Positions 40,284-49,473 of a DNA stretch of 64,000 nucleotides are shown here, piece by piece. Every line of letters starts with the position of its first letter. Positions within the stretch are counted from its first letter, which is position 1. The notes under the pieces were generated by a model. That model ran no database searches, was not told where the DNA came from, and saw only the letters and a program-made list of their open reading frames with translations. The DNA comes from Halobacteroidaceae bacterium (lineage in GTDB: Bacteria > Bacillota > Halanaerobiia > B1SED10-174). A program made the position numbers and the translations under genes. Location of the stretch: positions 179,932-243,931 of the forward strand of contig PUNE01000013.1 in assembly GCA_003551665.1 (NCBI GenBank). Reading direction: 5' to 3'.

Positions 40284-40985
40284 TCATGTTGAACACGCTT
40301 TTCTGATCAATTCCCGGGCAAGCAGGTCCAGCGGATCGATTATATTCCCTGTCCCATGCTTAATTGGAGGATTGTAAGGAGGCCGGAACAGGAATGACAA
40401 TTCCGTGCAGCCCAGCACCACACCACATTCTTTTTCTCCCAGATCATCAATTAGATTCAATAGAACTTTTTGTTTTTCCTTCAGGCTAGCCCCTGCTTTA
40501 ACGTCATAAATCAGGGACTGAATTCTTTCCTGTTCTTTTTCAGCAGGGGTTTTCAGGCCCTGGAAAATACCGGTATTTACTGTACCCCCTGTAGCAAAAA
40601 GGTAACAGGGAGAACCGGTTTTCTTTGCATAACGGTCAGCTTCCCTTTGAGCAAGCTCCACCATATTCACAAAAGTTATTTTTATCTCTCTGGTTATTTC
40701 CAAAAAAAATGCGTGGGCAGTATTACAGGGCATTCCAATAATGTCTGCTCCAGCCTCCTGGAGACGGTGTGCGGCAGCGGCAACTAAGGGAACAGGGCTG
40801 CTCCCTTTCTCCAACAGGGCTTTAGTTCTATCGGGGATGGCCGGGTTACTATCAACAATAACGTGGAAATGATCCTGGTCCTTTTTAGCCCGGGTATGGG
40901 CAACAATCCGGTGAAAAAGGGTAATAGTTGCATCGGGGCCCATTCCCCCCAGTATACCTATAGTTTGTTTATTCTTCCGTTTCAT
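40284..40985 (-). CDS. Aspartate racemase (Asp/Glu racemase family)
   Basis: GILGGMGPDAT, CNTAH and GCTEL motifs. The 57-aa highly basic N-terminal extension in the ORF track overlaps divIVA and was trimmed. Confidence 0.8.
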   Translation of the reverse strand: MKRKNKQTIGILGGMGPDATITLFHRIVAHTRAKKDQDHFHVIVDSNPAIPDRTKALLEKGSSPVPLVAAAAHRLQEAGADIIGMPCNTAHAFFLEITREIKITFVNMVELAQREADRYAKKTGSPCYLFATGGTVNTGIFQGLKTPAEKEQERIQSLIYDVKAGASLKEKQKVLLNLIDDLGEKECGVVLGCTELSFLFRPPYNPPIKHGTGNIIDPLDLLARELIRKACST

Positions 40986-41460
40986 CCCCGCTTTCTTCCT
41001 CCTTAATTTCCTCCTGAACCTGGGCTTCATGTTTTTCCAGGTATTCCAAATGGGTTTCCAAAAGAGTTCTAAAACGAACTCTAAAAAGTTCTTCCAATTC
41101 TTTGAGTTTTTGATAGCGGGAATAGTAATCCTGAATCTGTTTCTGGGCCTCTTCAATAATTTCCTTGGCCTTCATCTTGGCCTCTTTTATGATCAGGTCG
41201 GATTCTTTTTCCACCTGTTCTTTTTCTTCTTCCGCCCGCTGTAGGTTTTCCTGCAGTTGTCTTTCATTTTCCTGGCTTCTTTCCAGTTGTTTTTGCAGAG
41301 CTTCGTTTTCCTCTTTTAACTGATTTAATTCATTGAAAATTTCTTCATAATCCCGCCCTACCTGCTCTAGAAAATCGTCAACATCTTCTTTTTTGTACGA
41401 CCAGACTGAAACTCCTTTTCGAAATTCCTTGTTATAAATGTCTAAAGGATTTAATTTCAC
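40969..41460 (-). CDS. divIVA: DivIVA cell-division/polar-targeting protein; GTG start
   Basis: VKLNPLDIYNKEFRKG N-terminal DivIVA motif and coiled coil. There is an AGGGAGG RBS 7 nt upstream of GTG, and the start is 2 nt after the upstream stop (TGAAGGTG). Confidence 0.85.
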   Translation of the reverse strand: MKLNPLDIYNKEFRKGVSVWSYKKEDVDDFLEQVGRDYEEIFNELNQLKEENEALQKQLERSQENERQLQENLQRAEEEKEQVEKESDLIIKEAKMKAKEIIEEAQKQIQDYYSRYQKLKELEELFRVRFRTLLETHLEYLEKHEAQVQEEIKEEESGDETEE

Positions 41461-41462
41461 CT

Positions 41463-41750
41463 TCAATCCTCCCTTTCTTTCATCCGGGTCATTACCACTC
41501 GCAGGCGACCTTTTTTTGTTTCTCCTGCAACCTCTTCCAGTGAAGCAATCCCCTGGTTCTCCCATTTTATTTGATCGCCGGTTTCAACAGTCTGGGCAGG
41601 GTTGGTAACAATCCTGTCCCTGTGGGTTATTTTCCCATCCTTAATAAACTGGGCGGCTTTTGACCGGGAACAACCGAACCCCACCCCAACCAGGGCATCT
41701 AATCTAAGGGATGGGACCGTGCTCTTAATCTCTTTTTTTGCGACCATCCA
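41463..41750 (-). CDS. S4-domain RNA-binding protein (short YlmH-like)
   Basis: LRLDALVGVGFGCSRSKAAQFIKDGKITHRD S4 motif; ATG preceded by GGAGGTG. Confidence 0.75.
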   Translation of the reverse strand, partial: WMVAKKEIKSTVPSLRLDALVGVGFGCSRSKAAQFIKDGKITHRDRIVTNPAQTVETGDQIKWENQGIASLEEVAGETKKGRLRVVMTRMKERED

Positions 41751-41759
41751 GTACACCTC

Positions 41760-42029
41760 CTAACCCAGGAAAACACTGAGAACCAGCTGCCTGATAAGAA
41801 TTAATAATAAAATTGCAATAAACGGGGAAAAATCAAGGCCCATTTGGTTTCTGGGCAAAAAATTCCTGATGGGACTCAATATGGGCTCTGTAACTTCAAA
41901 CAAAAACCTTAAAACCCTCCTTCAGGGATTCTGAATGTTTTGCAAGGGCAAAAAAGAAATAATAACCCTGGCAATAATTAACCAGTAAAGGATTTCAAAA
42001 AAGAACATAATTGTCCGTACTAGTAGCAC
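41760..42029 (-). pseudogene. yggT: YggT/YlmG-family membrane protein gene interrupted by a single in-frame TGA (codon 36); otherwise intact 89-codon frame with RBS
   Basis: Minus-strand translation from GTG 42029 gives VLLVRTIMFFFEILYWLIIARVIISFLPLQNIQNP*RRVLRFLFEVTEPILSPIRNFLPRNQMGLDFSPFIAILLLILIRQLVLSVFLG*. Both halves align with YggT (SWxP ... EP..P.RR..P..G.DxSP). The TGA lies at 41922..41924, and an AAAGGAGG RBS precedes the start. The gene is not in the ORF track because both pieces are shorter than 60 aa. Confidence 0.7.
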
Positions 42030-42031
42030 CG

Positions 42032-42763
42032 TCAAATTCCTCCTTTGTCAGAGAACAAAATCCGGCCCAGCCTTAATATTGTAGCTCCTTCTTCTAAAGC
42101 AACTTGATAATCCTGGGACATCCCCATAGAAAGTTCCACCATGTTGATTTTTTCCCAGTTTTTCTCCTTAATTTCAGAGGAAAGCTCTCGCAAACCGGCA
42201 AAAAAAGGTCTGGTCTCCTCGGGGTCTTTAGTAAACGGAGCCATGGCCATCAGGCCCCTGACTTCAATATTTTTTAGGCTGTCAATAGCAGGGAGAGCTT
42301 CCCTTAATTCCTGGTTGGAAAAGCCCTTTTTTTGTTCTTCCCGGGCAATATTTACCTGTAATAAAATGGGTATTTTCCGCTTAACCCGACCTGCTTCCTG
42401 GGAAATTTTTTTGGCCAGCCGCAGACTATCTACAGAATGCACCATAACCAGTTGAGGAATCCGCACTACATATTTTACCTTATTCCTTTGCAGATGTCCA
42501 ATATAATGCCAGCTGACCTGGCGGGGAAACCACTCTGTTTTCCGCATTAATTCCTGGACCCTGTTCTCTCCCAGGTCCTTCAGCCCCCAGTTTAAAAGCC
42601 TTTCAATTTCTTCATAAGTTCGGTTTTTTGTTACCCCTACAATTTTAATCTTTTGTTCAGGCCCAATTTTCAATCTTTCCTTTATCTGTTCCAAGTTTTT
42701 TTCCCGGGTTTCCTGCAAAAGAGTGCACCCCCTGTTTTTATTGGTTAGGTTGTAAAAATATTT
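42032..42763 (-). CDS. ylmE: YggS/YlmE family pyridoxal-phosphate homeostasis protein
   Basis: VGVTKNRT, HYIGHLQRNKVKYV and ELSMGMSQD motifs. Confidence 0.88.
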   Translation of the reverse strand, partial: KYFYNLTNKNRGCTLLQETREKNLEQIKERLKIGPEQKIKIVGVTKNRTYEEIERLLNWGLKDLGENRVQELMRKTEWFPRQVSWHYIGHLQRNKVKYVVRIPQLVMVHSVDSLRLAKKISQEAGRVKRKIPILLQVNIAREEQKKGFSNQELREALPAIDSLKNIEVRGLMAMAPFTKDPEETRPFFAGLRELSSEIKEKNWEKINMVELSMGMSQDYQVALEEGATILRLGRILFSDKGGI

Positions 42764-43604
42764 CATCTCCTGGAGTAAGGCCATCAACCACAGCCTTATT
42801 TTCATTGCCTCCCAGAACCTTGACAGTTCGCTGAACAGGCTGATCCCGGCCAGGCATTAATACCGCATAACCCTCTTCTGTCTCAAAAATTGCCTCCCGG
42901 GGCACAACAGATCCCCGAAAAACCCCCTTGATAACATTAATGGGCTGGGTCCGCAGGGAAAGAAACTCGTCTATGAATTGTCTTAATTCTACTATAACAA
43001 TTCTCTCCCGGAAAACTATATCGACGATCTGCCCCCAGTATATTTCCCGGTCAAGGCGGGGAAATTCTATCCTCAGGCTGGAACCCTCTGAAGGAATAGG
43101 TTGTTCGGGCGGGAAAAAAATAGCTATGTACAGGGAAAAATTATTGACAATACGAAATAACAATTGATCATCTCTAACTCTATTTCCATCCCGGAGGCTG
43201 GAAAAATTATTCCGGGCTCCAGTAACCATATCCCTGGTGAGGTTTTCCCAGTTGTCGGGGGAATAAATTGTTTCATCACCATCATGTTTAAAAGAAATTA
43301 CTCCTGTATCAAAAGCATAAACTGTAAATTCTTCCTCTCCATCTTTGATAGCCAGGACGGGAGAACCGCTCCTGATCCGCTCTCCTTCTCCAACAAGAAT
43401 ATTGACCTGTCCTGAATACTGGCTTTCTACAGTAAACTCATCCCGAATAAAAACAGCCTGGGTGGAAAAATCCTGTCTGATTTCCCCATATTGAACCGTA
43501 TAAAGAACATCTCTGGGCGGAGAATAAATAAAAATTATCAGGAGAAGAAGAAGGACGGAGCAGAAAAAGATCAGGAATAAATTTTTTTTGTTGTTTTTAC
43601 TCAT
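42738..43604 (-). CDS. HlyD-family-like membrane-anchored protein (single N-terminal TM plus periplasmic beta-barrel/biotinyl-like domains)
   Basis: 288 aa; NLFLIFFCSVLLLLLIIFIY anchor; C-terminal GVFRGSVVPREAIFETEEGYAVLMPG...VKVLGGNENKAVVDGLTPGDEIF resembles HlyD_3 / efflux adaptor beta-barrel. Confidence 0.5.
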   Translation of the reverse strand: MSKNNKKNLFLIFFCSVLLLLLIIFIYSPPRDVLYTVQYGEIRQDFSTQAVFIRDEFTVESQYSGQVNILVGEGERIRSGSPVLAIKDGEEEFTVYAFDTGVISFKHDGDETIYSPDNWENLTRDMVTGARNNFSSLRDGNRVRDDQLLFRIVNNFSLYIAIFFPPEQPIPSEGSSLRIEFPRLDREIYWGQIVDIVFRERIVIVELRQFIDEFLSLRTQPINVIKGVFRGSVVPREAIFETEEGYAVLMPGRDQPVQRTVKVLGGNENKAVVDGLTPGDEIFLQPNQ

Positions 43605-43617
43605 CCACTCTCTCTCC

Positions 43618-44382
43618 CTAAACTATCGCAATTATACCCGCCATTCTTCCCGTTACTCCTCTATCCCTTCTGTGGGAATAAAAAAGGTGGGGATTGCATG
43701 ATGTGCAAAAACCACTTTTTCCAATATTCGCCGCTGGTAGGCCCGCCTCCTCTAATTGAATAGCATTGGCAGCGGGTAAATCAAGGAAAAACCTTTCCCG
43801 CCGGGAAGAATACCTGGTCGTTTGCTCGGAAAATTTTTTGGCTACTTCCCCGCCTACCTCATAACAGCAGGGACCAATGGCCGGGCCAAGACCGGCCAAG
43901 ATTTTTTCCGGACCAATATCCAGAAAACCACATAAAAATCTAACGGCACTTTGGGCAATTCCTCCAGCGGTCCCCTTCCAGCCAGCGTGGACAATTCCCA
44001 CCGTTTTTGTTTCGGGAACAACAAGGAAAAGGGGAACACAATCAGCAAAAAAAGCCATTAAAACATGCTGCGAAGATCCCGTGACAATTCCGTCAGTATC
44101 TGGTAATACCTGGGCTGAAGTTTTTTCAACCAGGCGTGTTTTTACCCCGTGAACCTGCTCCCCCATAAACACCCGGGGATTGAAAAGCCCCAATTCTCTC
44201 AAAAATAGAGCCCTGTTCTGGCGGATATTTCCAGGTTTTTCCTCCCGCCCAGCGAGATTTAACTGCCGGTACTCCCCTGAAGAAACCCCACCCCAGCGGG
44301 AGGAAAACCCATGAATTAACCAGGGAAACTTCCAGGTTTTAAAGGTAAAAAATTGGACCCTATTTCCCTTCACTTCCATCAT
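43618..44382 (-). CDS. pgeF: Laccase-domain purine nucleoside phosphorylase / peptidoglycan editing factor (YlmD/YfiH/PgeF)
   Basis: HGFSSRWGGVS, QVHG...CVP and HAGWKG motifs. Confidence 0.88.
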   Translation of the reverse strand: MMEVKGNRVQFFTFKTWKFPWLIHGFSSRWGGVSSGEYRQLNLAGREEKPGNIRQNRALFLRELGLFNPRVFMGEQVHGVKTRLVEKTSAQVLPDTDGIVTGSSQHVLMAFFADCVPLFLVVPETKTVGIVHAGWKGTAGGIAQSAVRFLCGFLDIGPEKILAGLGPAIGPCCYEVGGEVAKKFSEQTTRYSSRRERFFLDLPAANAIQLEEAGLPAANIGKSGFCTSCNPHLFYSHRRDRGVTGRMAGIIAIV

Positions 44383-44402
44383 AATAATTTCTCTCCATTT
44401 AC

Positions 44403-44858
44403 TCAGTTATCTTCAAGAAGCCTATCCAGTTCCTGTCGAAATTTATTTATATCCTTAAAATGCCGATAAACAGAGGCAAAACGAACATAAGCAATTTCAT
44501 CAAGTTCCAGCAGGTATTCCATTACCAACTCCCCGATTTCCTGGGCAGGAATTTCGGGTTCCATTCGATTCCGCAGCTCCTGTTCAACATCCCTGGCTAT
44601 TTTTTCCAGACGTTCCAGGGGAATTCCTCTTTTTTCAGTAGCCCGGAGGATGCCATTCAGGATTTTATTATGATTAAAAATTTCTCTTGTGCCATCTTTT
44701 TTTATCACCAGAAGGGGGGCCTCTTCAATTCTTTCATAGGTAGTGAATCGTTCTTTGCATTTGTTGCACTCTCTGCGCCTGCGTATAGCTGTATGTTCAT
44801 CAGTGGCACGGGAATCAAGGACCCGGCAATCGGTGTAACTACAGTAAGGGCATTTCAC
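44403..44858 (-). CDS. nrdR: Transcriptional repressor NrdR (Zn-ribbon + ATP-cone)
   Basis: [17 protein letters not shown]...[12 protein letters not shown] zinc ribbon. Confidence 0.93.
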   Translation of the reverse strand: MKCPYCSYTDCRVLDSRATDEHTAIRRRRECNKCKERFTTYERIEEAPLLVIKKDGTREIFNHNKILNGILRATEKRGIPLERLEKIARDVEQELRNRMEPEIPAQEIGELVMEYLLELDEIAYVRFASVYRHFKDINKFRQELDRLLEDN

Positions 44859-45001
44859 CTTTTCCTCGCCTCCTCCTTTTTAAGATATTCTCTTTTTCTT
44901 TTTGTTTCCCCTCCTTTCCAGGTAGAGTTAATTGTTCTCTCTTCTGAAGCCAGGAGGTAATTATCTTTTTAAAGGGATTGAACTTTTTATCTGTCTCGGA
45001 C

Positions 45002-45027
45002 AAAAAAAAATTCCCCTGTCGGGGAAC
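45002..45027 (-). terminator. Rho-independent terminator after ftsZ
   Basis: Minus strand: TAAGTTCCCCGACAGGGGAATTTTTTTTTG directly after the ftsZ stop. Confidence 0.8.
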
Positions 45028-46116
45028 TTATTTTTTGTGCTGCCTGAGGAAAGCTGGAATTTCCAGGTCGCTTTCTGTAAAGACAGGCATTTCGTATTCT
45101 TCTTCATCTTTTTGGGGTTCTTTCTTCTTTTCTGTTTCTTTCTTGGGCTCATCAGTTTGCTGATTCTCATCAAACCCAGCAGCAATGACTGTAACCATGA
45201 CTTCCTCGCCCATGTTTTCATCAACCACAGCACCAAGAATTATGTTCGCATCCGGATCGGCAACTTCCGAAATAATTCGGACGGCTTCGTTTGCTTCCAG
45301 CAAACCGAGATCCGGACCACCCGTTATATTTAACAAAACACCCTTGGCCCCATCTATGGATGTTTCCAGGAGAGGAGAGGTTGTGGCCATTTTGGCTGCT
45401 TCTGCAGCACGGTCTTCCCCTTTTGCCCGCCCCATACCCATCAGTGCTGAGCCGGCTTTGGTCATTATCGCCTTAACATCTGCAAAATCAAGGTTAATTA
45501 GACCTGTGATAGTAATCAGGTCCGAAATCCCCTTAACTCCCTGCCGGAGAATATCATCAGCAATCTTAAATGCATCAATTAAACTTGTCTTCTGTTCTGC
45601 CAGAGCAAGTAATTTATCATTGGGAATTGTAATCAATGTATCCACATTATTTTTGAGAATCTCGATGCCCTCTTCTGCACGGTGCATCCTTTTCCTTCCT
45701 TCAACAGAAAAAGGCTTGGTAACAACTCCAACAGTGAGAGCACCAATTTCTTTGGATATTTCTGCAATAATTGGGGTTGCTCCCGTCCCCGTTCCTCCAC
45801 CCATCCCGGCGGTAATGAAAACCATATCCGCTCCCTGCAGGGCTTCGGCAATTAGTTCCCGACTTTCTTCTGCAGCCTGAGCTCCAATCTCGGGCTCAGC
45901 TCCAGCCCCAAGCCCCTTTGTCAGCTGTTCTCCAATCTGCAGAAGAACCTCGGCATTGGAAGATAAAAGGGCCTGAGCATCAGTATTTACAGAAATAAAC
46001 TCCACACCTTCCAGGCCTGAATCAATCATCCGGTTGACGGCATTATTTCCGCCACCACCAACTCCAACAACTTTTATTTTTGCAAACCGCTCCATATCGG
46101 TTCCGTATTCTAACAT
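45028..46116 (-). CDS. ftsZ: Cell division GTPase FtsZ
   Basis: [17 protein letters not shown] tubulin signature; GAG-rich T7 loop; acidic C-terminus. Confidence 0.95.
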   Translation of the reverse strand: MLEYGTDMERFAKIKVVGVGGGGNNAVNRMIDSGLEGVEFISVNTDAQALLSSNAEVLLQIGEQLTKGLGAGAEPEIGAQAAEESRELIAEALQGADMVFITAGMGGGTGTGATPIIAEISKEIGALTVGVVTKPFSVEGRKRMHRAEEGIEILKNNVDTLITIPNDKLLALAEQKTSLIDAFKIADDILRQGVKGISDLITITGLINLDFADVKAIMTKAGSALMGMGRAKGEDRAAEAAKMATTSPLLETSIDGAKGVLLNITGGPDLGLLEANEAVRIISEVADPDANIILGAVVDENMGEEVMVTVIAAGFDENQQTDEPKKETEKKKEPQKDEEEYEMPVFTESDLEIPAFLRQHKK

Positions 46117-46133
46117 GGAAGGGTTCCCTCCCT

Positions 46134-47396
46134 TTAAAAAGTGTCCTTAAGCTTATCACCAATCTTTTTTAAATAGCCCCAGAAAGAATCCTTAATCGGG
46201 GTTCGTTTTTCCTCTTTGCTTCCCATCCCATAATACATTAACCCAATGGCAGTGGAAAAAACTGGGGGAGCAAGGACATATCCCAATCCCGCTTCTCCAG
46301 AAGCCCCTTCGCCCAGTTCATTTAACCCTTTTACTTCTTCGGGATAACCCAGGCGAACCGGTATATCCAGTATCTCTCCTGCAACTTCCACTGCTCCATT
46401 TAATAGCGAGCCTCCCCCGGTAAAGACAACTCCGGCGGGAGTCAAACCAGCATAGCCCGACTCTTCAATAGCAGTCTTAATCATTTGAAAAATTTCAACC
46501 ATGCGGGGCTCTATAATCTCCAACAGTAGCCTTTTGGGAACTTCCCGTTCGTCTTTCCCACTTGTTGTAAGTACAGTTATCATTTCATCGTTTTGTTCAT
46601 TATTCCGGGCATTGCCATGCAAAACCTTGATCTGTTCAGCATTTTTTACGGCTGTCCTCAATCCCACGGCAATATCGTTGGTAACGTGGCTTCCCCCAAC
46701 AGGTAAAATCTTGGTGAAAACCAATCCCCCATCCTTAAAAATCGCCACATCTGTGGTGCCGCCCCCCATATCCACAAGCACTACCCCCAGATCTTTTTCA
46801 TCGGGGGTTAAAACAGCATCACTAACCGCCAGAAGGTCCAGTATTATTCCTCTGGCAAATAGCCCACTGCGTTCTACACCCTTAATCAGGTTTTCCAGGG
46901 AAGTTGCGGAAGCAGTTACAATGTGAGAATGAACTTCCAGGCGAACTCCAGACATTCCCTCGGGGTCTTTTATTCCCGAGTTTCCATCAACAACAAATTC
47001 CCGGGGTAGAACGTGGAGAATTTCTCTGCTGGGGGGAAGAGAAATAATCTGGGAAGCTTCAATCACCCTCTTAATATCCGATTCTTTAATTTCTTTCTTT
47101 TCTCCTGTTACAGCCACCATGCCGTGAGCATTCTGGGATGCAATATGAGCTCCTGCCACCCCAACCCAGACCTCGTCGATGCCCATACCGGCCATTTGTT
47201 CGGCCCTTTTTAAAGCCAATCTGATAGCCTGGGCATTGCGCTCGATATCGATCACAACACCTTTTCTGATTCCCACAGAAGGACTGAGTCCGACGCCCAA
47301 AACATCAAGCGTCCCATTTTCTTCAATTTCGCCCACGAGCGCGCAAATTTTGCTTGTTCCCACATCAAGGGTGGCAATTCTTTCCTTTCGGGGCAT
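46134..47396 (-). CDS. ftsA: Cell division protein FtsA (actin-like ATPase)
   Basis: [19 protein letters not shown]-terminus, [16 protein letters not shown]; start trimmed to MPRKERIA. Confidence 0.9.
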   Translation of the reverse strand: MPRKERIATLDVGTSKICALVGEIEENGTLDVLGVGLSPSVGIRKGVVIDIERNAQAIRLALKRAEQMAGMGIDEVWVGVAGAHIASQNAHGMVAVTGEKKEIKESDIKRVIEASQIISLPPSREILHVLPREFVVDGNSGIKDPEGMSGVRLEVHSHIVTASATSLENLIKGVERSGLFARGIILDLLAVSDAVLTPDEKDLGVVLVDMGGGTTDVAIFKDGGLVFTKILPVGGSHVTNDIAVGLRTAVKNAEQIKVLHGNARNNEQNDEMITVLTTSGKDEREVPKRLLLEIIEPRMVEIFQMIKTAIEESGYAGLTPAGVVFTGGGSLLNGAVEVAGEILDIPVRLGYPEEVKGLNELGEGASGEAGLGYVLAPPVFSTAIGLMYYGMGSKEEKRTPIKDSFWGYLKKIGDKLKDTF

Positions 47397-47471
47397 CAAA
47401 TCGGGCCCCCTTTCCTTTTTCAACGTATTATCATTAATTTTCACCATTCGCAGAAAAATTCCTGTCAAACT

Positions 47472-48173
47472 TTATTTTAATTTGTAAACAGGACGACCTT
47501 TAAATCTTAAATCCAGGTATTCAAGGCGCTCAATTTCATTCTCTAATTCTCGCATGAACCCCATTATTAACCCGGGCAATTCTTCAGAGGAATATGCCTC
47601 GCCTAGGAGAATATGTCCACCCTCCTGTAAAACAAGCTTCACATTTCTTCTTGGTTTTAAAACAACGTCCGTTACTTTTTCCAAAACCCATTGGTCCAAA
47701 TTTTCCAGCAGATTCAGGCAAAAAATCAGGTTATCCTCGTCCAACCTCACCTCCTTTTCCATTTCTATCCCGTCCAGTTTAATGAGAGGGAAATCCAGTT
47801 CTCCAACTTCTTCTTTTTTTTCAATGGAATACCCTTCCTCATCAACCAGAAAAAATCCCGATCCCGTTTCAACCCAGGCCAGAGGTTCTCTTGCCTGCAG
47901 ATAATAAACAAGGGTTGCAGGCAATTTTCTGTTTATTCTCACTTCCCTGATGGTGGAATCCCGCAGAGCATAATCAACCAGGAAATTTTTATCCACGTGA
48001 AAAATATTTAAACCCAGCACCTCTTCTTTGGGAACCAGTTCCCCGGATTCAATTCCTTCCATTCCAACAATTTCTATTTCTTTAACCCGGAAAAAATCTG
48101 AATTCAAAAAAATAATTAACCCCACACCCAGTAAAAAGAATAAAAGCAGACGGCCAAATCTTCTTCTAGGCAT
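47472..48173 (-). CDS. ftsQ: Cell division protein FtsQ/DivIB (POTRA domain)
   Basis: Single TM (LLLFFLLGVGLIIFL) then POTRA (FRVKEIEIVGMEG). Start set at ATG 48173, which overlaps the murA stop (ATGCCTAG). Confidence 0.8.
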   Translation of the reverse strand: MPRRRFGRLLLFFLLGVGLIIFLNSDFFRVKEIEIVGMEGIESGELVPKEEVLGLNIFHVDKNFLVDYALRDSTIREVRINRKLPATLVYYLQAREPLAWVETGSGFFLVDEEGYSIEKKEEVGELDFPLIKLDGIEMEKEVRLDEDNLIFCLNLLENLDQWVLEKVTDVVLKPRRNVKLVLQEGGHILLGEAYSSEELPGLIMGFMRELENEIERLEYLDLRFKGRPVYKLK

Positions 48174-49455
48174 TTTTTTCTTCCTCTTCAACATTAAAAA
48201 CCTCAATTTCAGCGCCCAGTTTCTGCAGCTTGCCAACAAGATTTTCATATCCCCGTTCTATATGTTCAATATCAACAACCTGGGTTTCACCTTCAGCCGC
48301 AAGCCCTGCTAAAACCAGGGCAGCTCCCGCCCGCAGTGCAGGAGGGGATTCAACAAAAGCCCCATAGAGCCTTTCAACACCCTCAATAATTGCCGTTCTT
48401 CCCTCGACCCTGATTTTTGCCCCCATTCGTTTCAGCTCTTCGGCATGCTTCATTCGATTTTCAAAAATATTTTCTGTTAAAACACTTGTGCCCCTGGCAA
48501 GAGTTAAAAGGGCCATAAACTGGGGCTGCATATCCGTTGGAAAACCCGGATAGGGGTAAGTCTTTATATCCAGTGGATTGGGCCTTGTTCCGGAAGGTAA
48601 AATGGTAAGGCTTTCACCTTCTTCCTGGAGTTCAAAGCCAGCCTCCCTGACCTTGGCAATTACCGATTCCAGGTGTTCGGGAATAACATTCAAAACCTTA
48701 ACCTCACCCCGGGTAATAGCCCCTGCAAGCAGAAAGGTTCCTGCTTCAATTCTATCAGGAATAACAGTATGTTCGGTCCCCTGTAGCTTTTTTTTCCCTG
48801 TGATTTTTATCAAGTCTGTTCCCGCACCAACAATGCTAGCTCCCATGGAATTCAGAAAGTTTTGTAGGTCAACAATTTCGGGTTCCCGGGCGGCATTTCT
48901 TATTACCGTATTTCCCCGAGCTTTGGCAGCTCCAAGCATGATATTTTCGGTGGTTCCTACACTTGGGAAATCCAGGTGGATTTCCCTTCCGGTAAGGGAA
49001 CTGCCCCAACCGGTTAAAAACCCGTGACTTTCCTTAAAGTTGGCGCCCAGTTGTTTTAATCCTTTAATGTGCCAGTCAATAGGGCGGGGGCCAATACTGC
49101 ACCCACCGGGCTGGGAAACCTTTACCTTCCCAAACCTACCCAGCAAAGGACCCATAAAAAGGATGCTTGCTCGCATCCTCCTCATCAAATAGTCGGGGAT
49201 TTCCGCAGAACTTAAATCCCTGGTATCAATAAGTAGAGATTTCCCCTTCTGTTCAACCACCGCTCCAAGAGCCTCCAGGACCGCCCTCATAACTTTTATA
49301 TCTCTTAAGATTGGCAGGTCGTGAAGAACATATTCACCTGGCTCCAGAACTGTGCCAGCCATAATTGGCAGGGCGGCATTTTTAGACCCGCTTATTTTCA
49401 CCTCGCCTTTGAGGGGCTTTTCCCCCTGCCGGATTCTAATACCTTGCATTAACAA
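48166..49455 (-). CDS. murA: UDP-N-acetylglucosamine 1-carboxyvinyltransferase
   Basis: 429 aa; EPSP-synthase fold with active-site Cys in KVSQPGGCSIG. Confidence 0.93.
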   Translation of the reverse strand: MLMQGIRIRQGEKPLKGEVKISGSKNAALPIMAGTVLEPGEYVLHDLPILRDIKVMRAVLEALGAVVEQKGKSLLIDTRDLSSAEIPDYLMRRMRASILFMGPLLGRFGKVKVSQPGGCSIGPRPIDWHIKGLKQLGANFKESHGFLTGWGSSLTGREIHLDFPSVGTTENIMLGAAKARGNTVIRNAAREPEIVDLQNFLNSMGASIVGAGTDLIKITGKKKLQGTEHTVIPDRIEAGTFLLAGAITRGEVKVLNVIPEHLESVIAKVREAGFELQEEGESLTILPSGTRPNPLDIKTYPYPGFPTDMQPQFMALLTLARGTSVLTENIFENRMKHAEELKRMGAKIRVEGRTAIIEGVERLYGAFVESPPALRAGAALVLAGLAAEGETQVVDIEHIERGYENLVGKLQKLGAEIEVFNVEEEEKNA

Positions 49456-49473
49456 CTCCTCCTGATTTTCGCT

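Noticed and set aside
40986-41156. 57-aa highly basic N-terminal extension of the aspartate racemase ORF
   Set aside because: It overlaps the DivIVA coding region in another frame and is Arg/Lys/Trp-rich low complexity. The racemase family normally starts at the GILGGMGP motif, which is preceded here by an in-frame Met.
41922-41924. In-frame TGA in yggT as a selenocysteine codon or global UGA recoding
   Set aside because: No SECIS-like hairpin follows the codon. The position is not a conserved Cys in YggT. TGA clearly terminates fmt, ylmE and the S4-protein gene in the same window.
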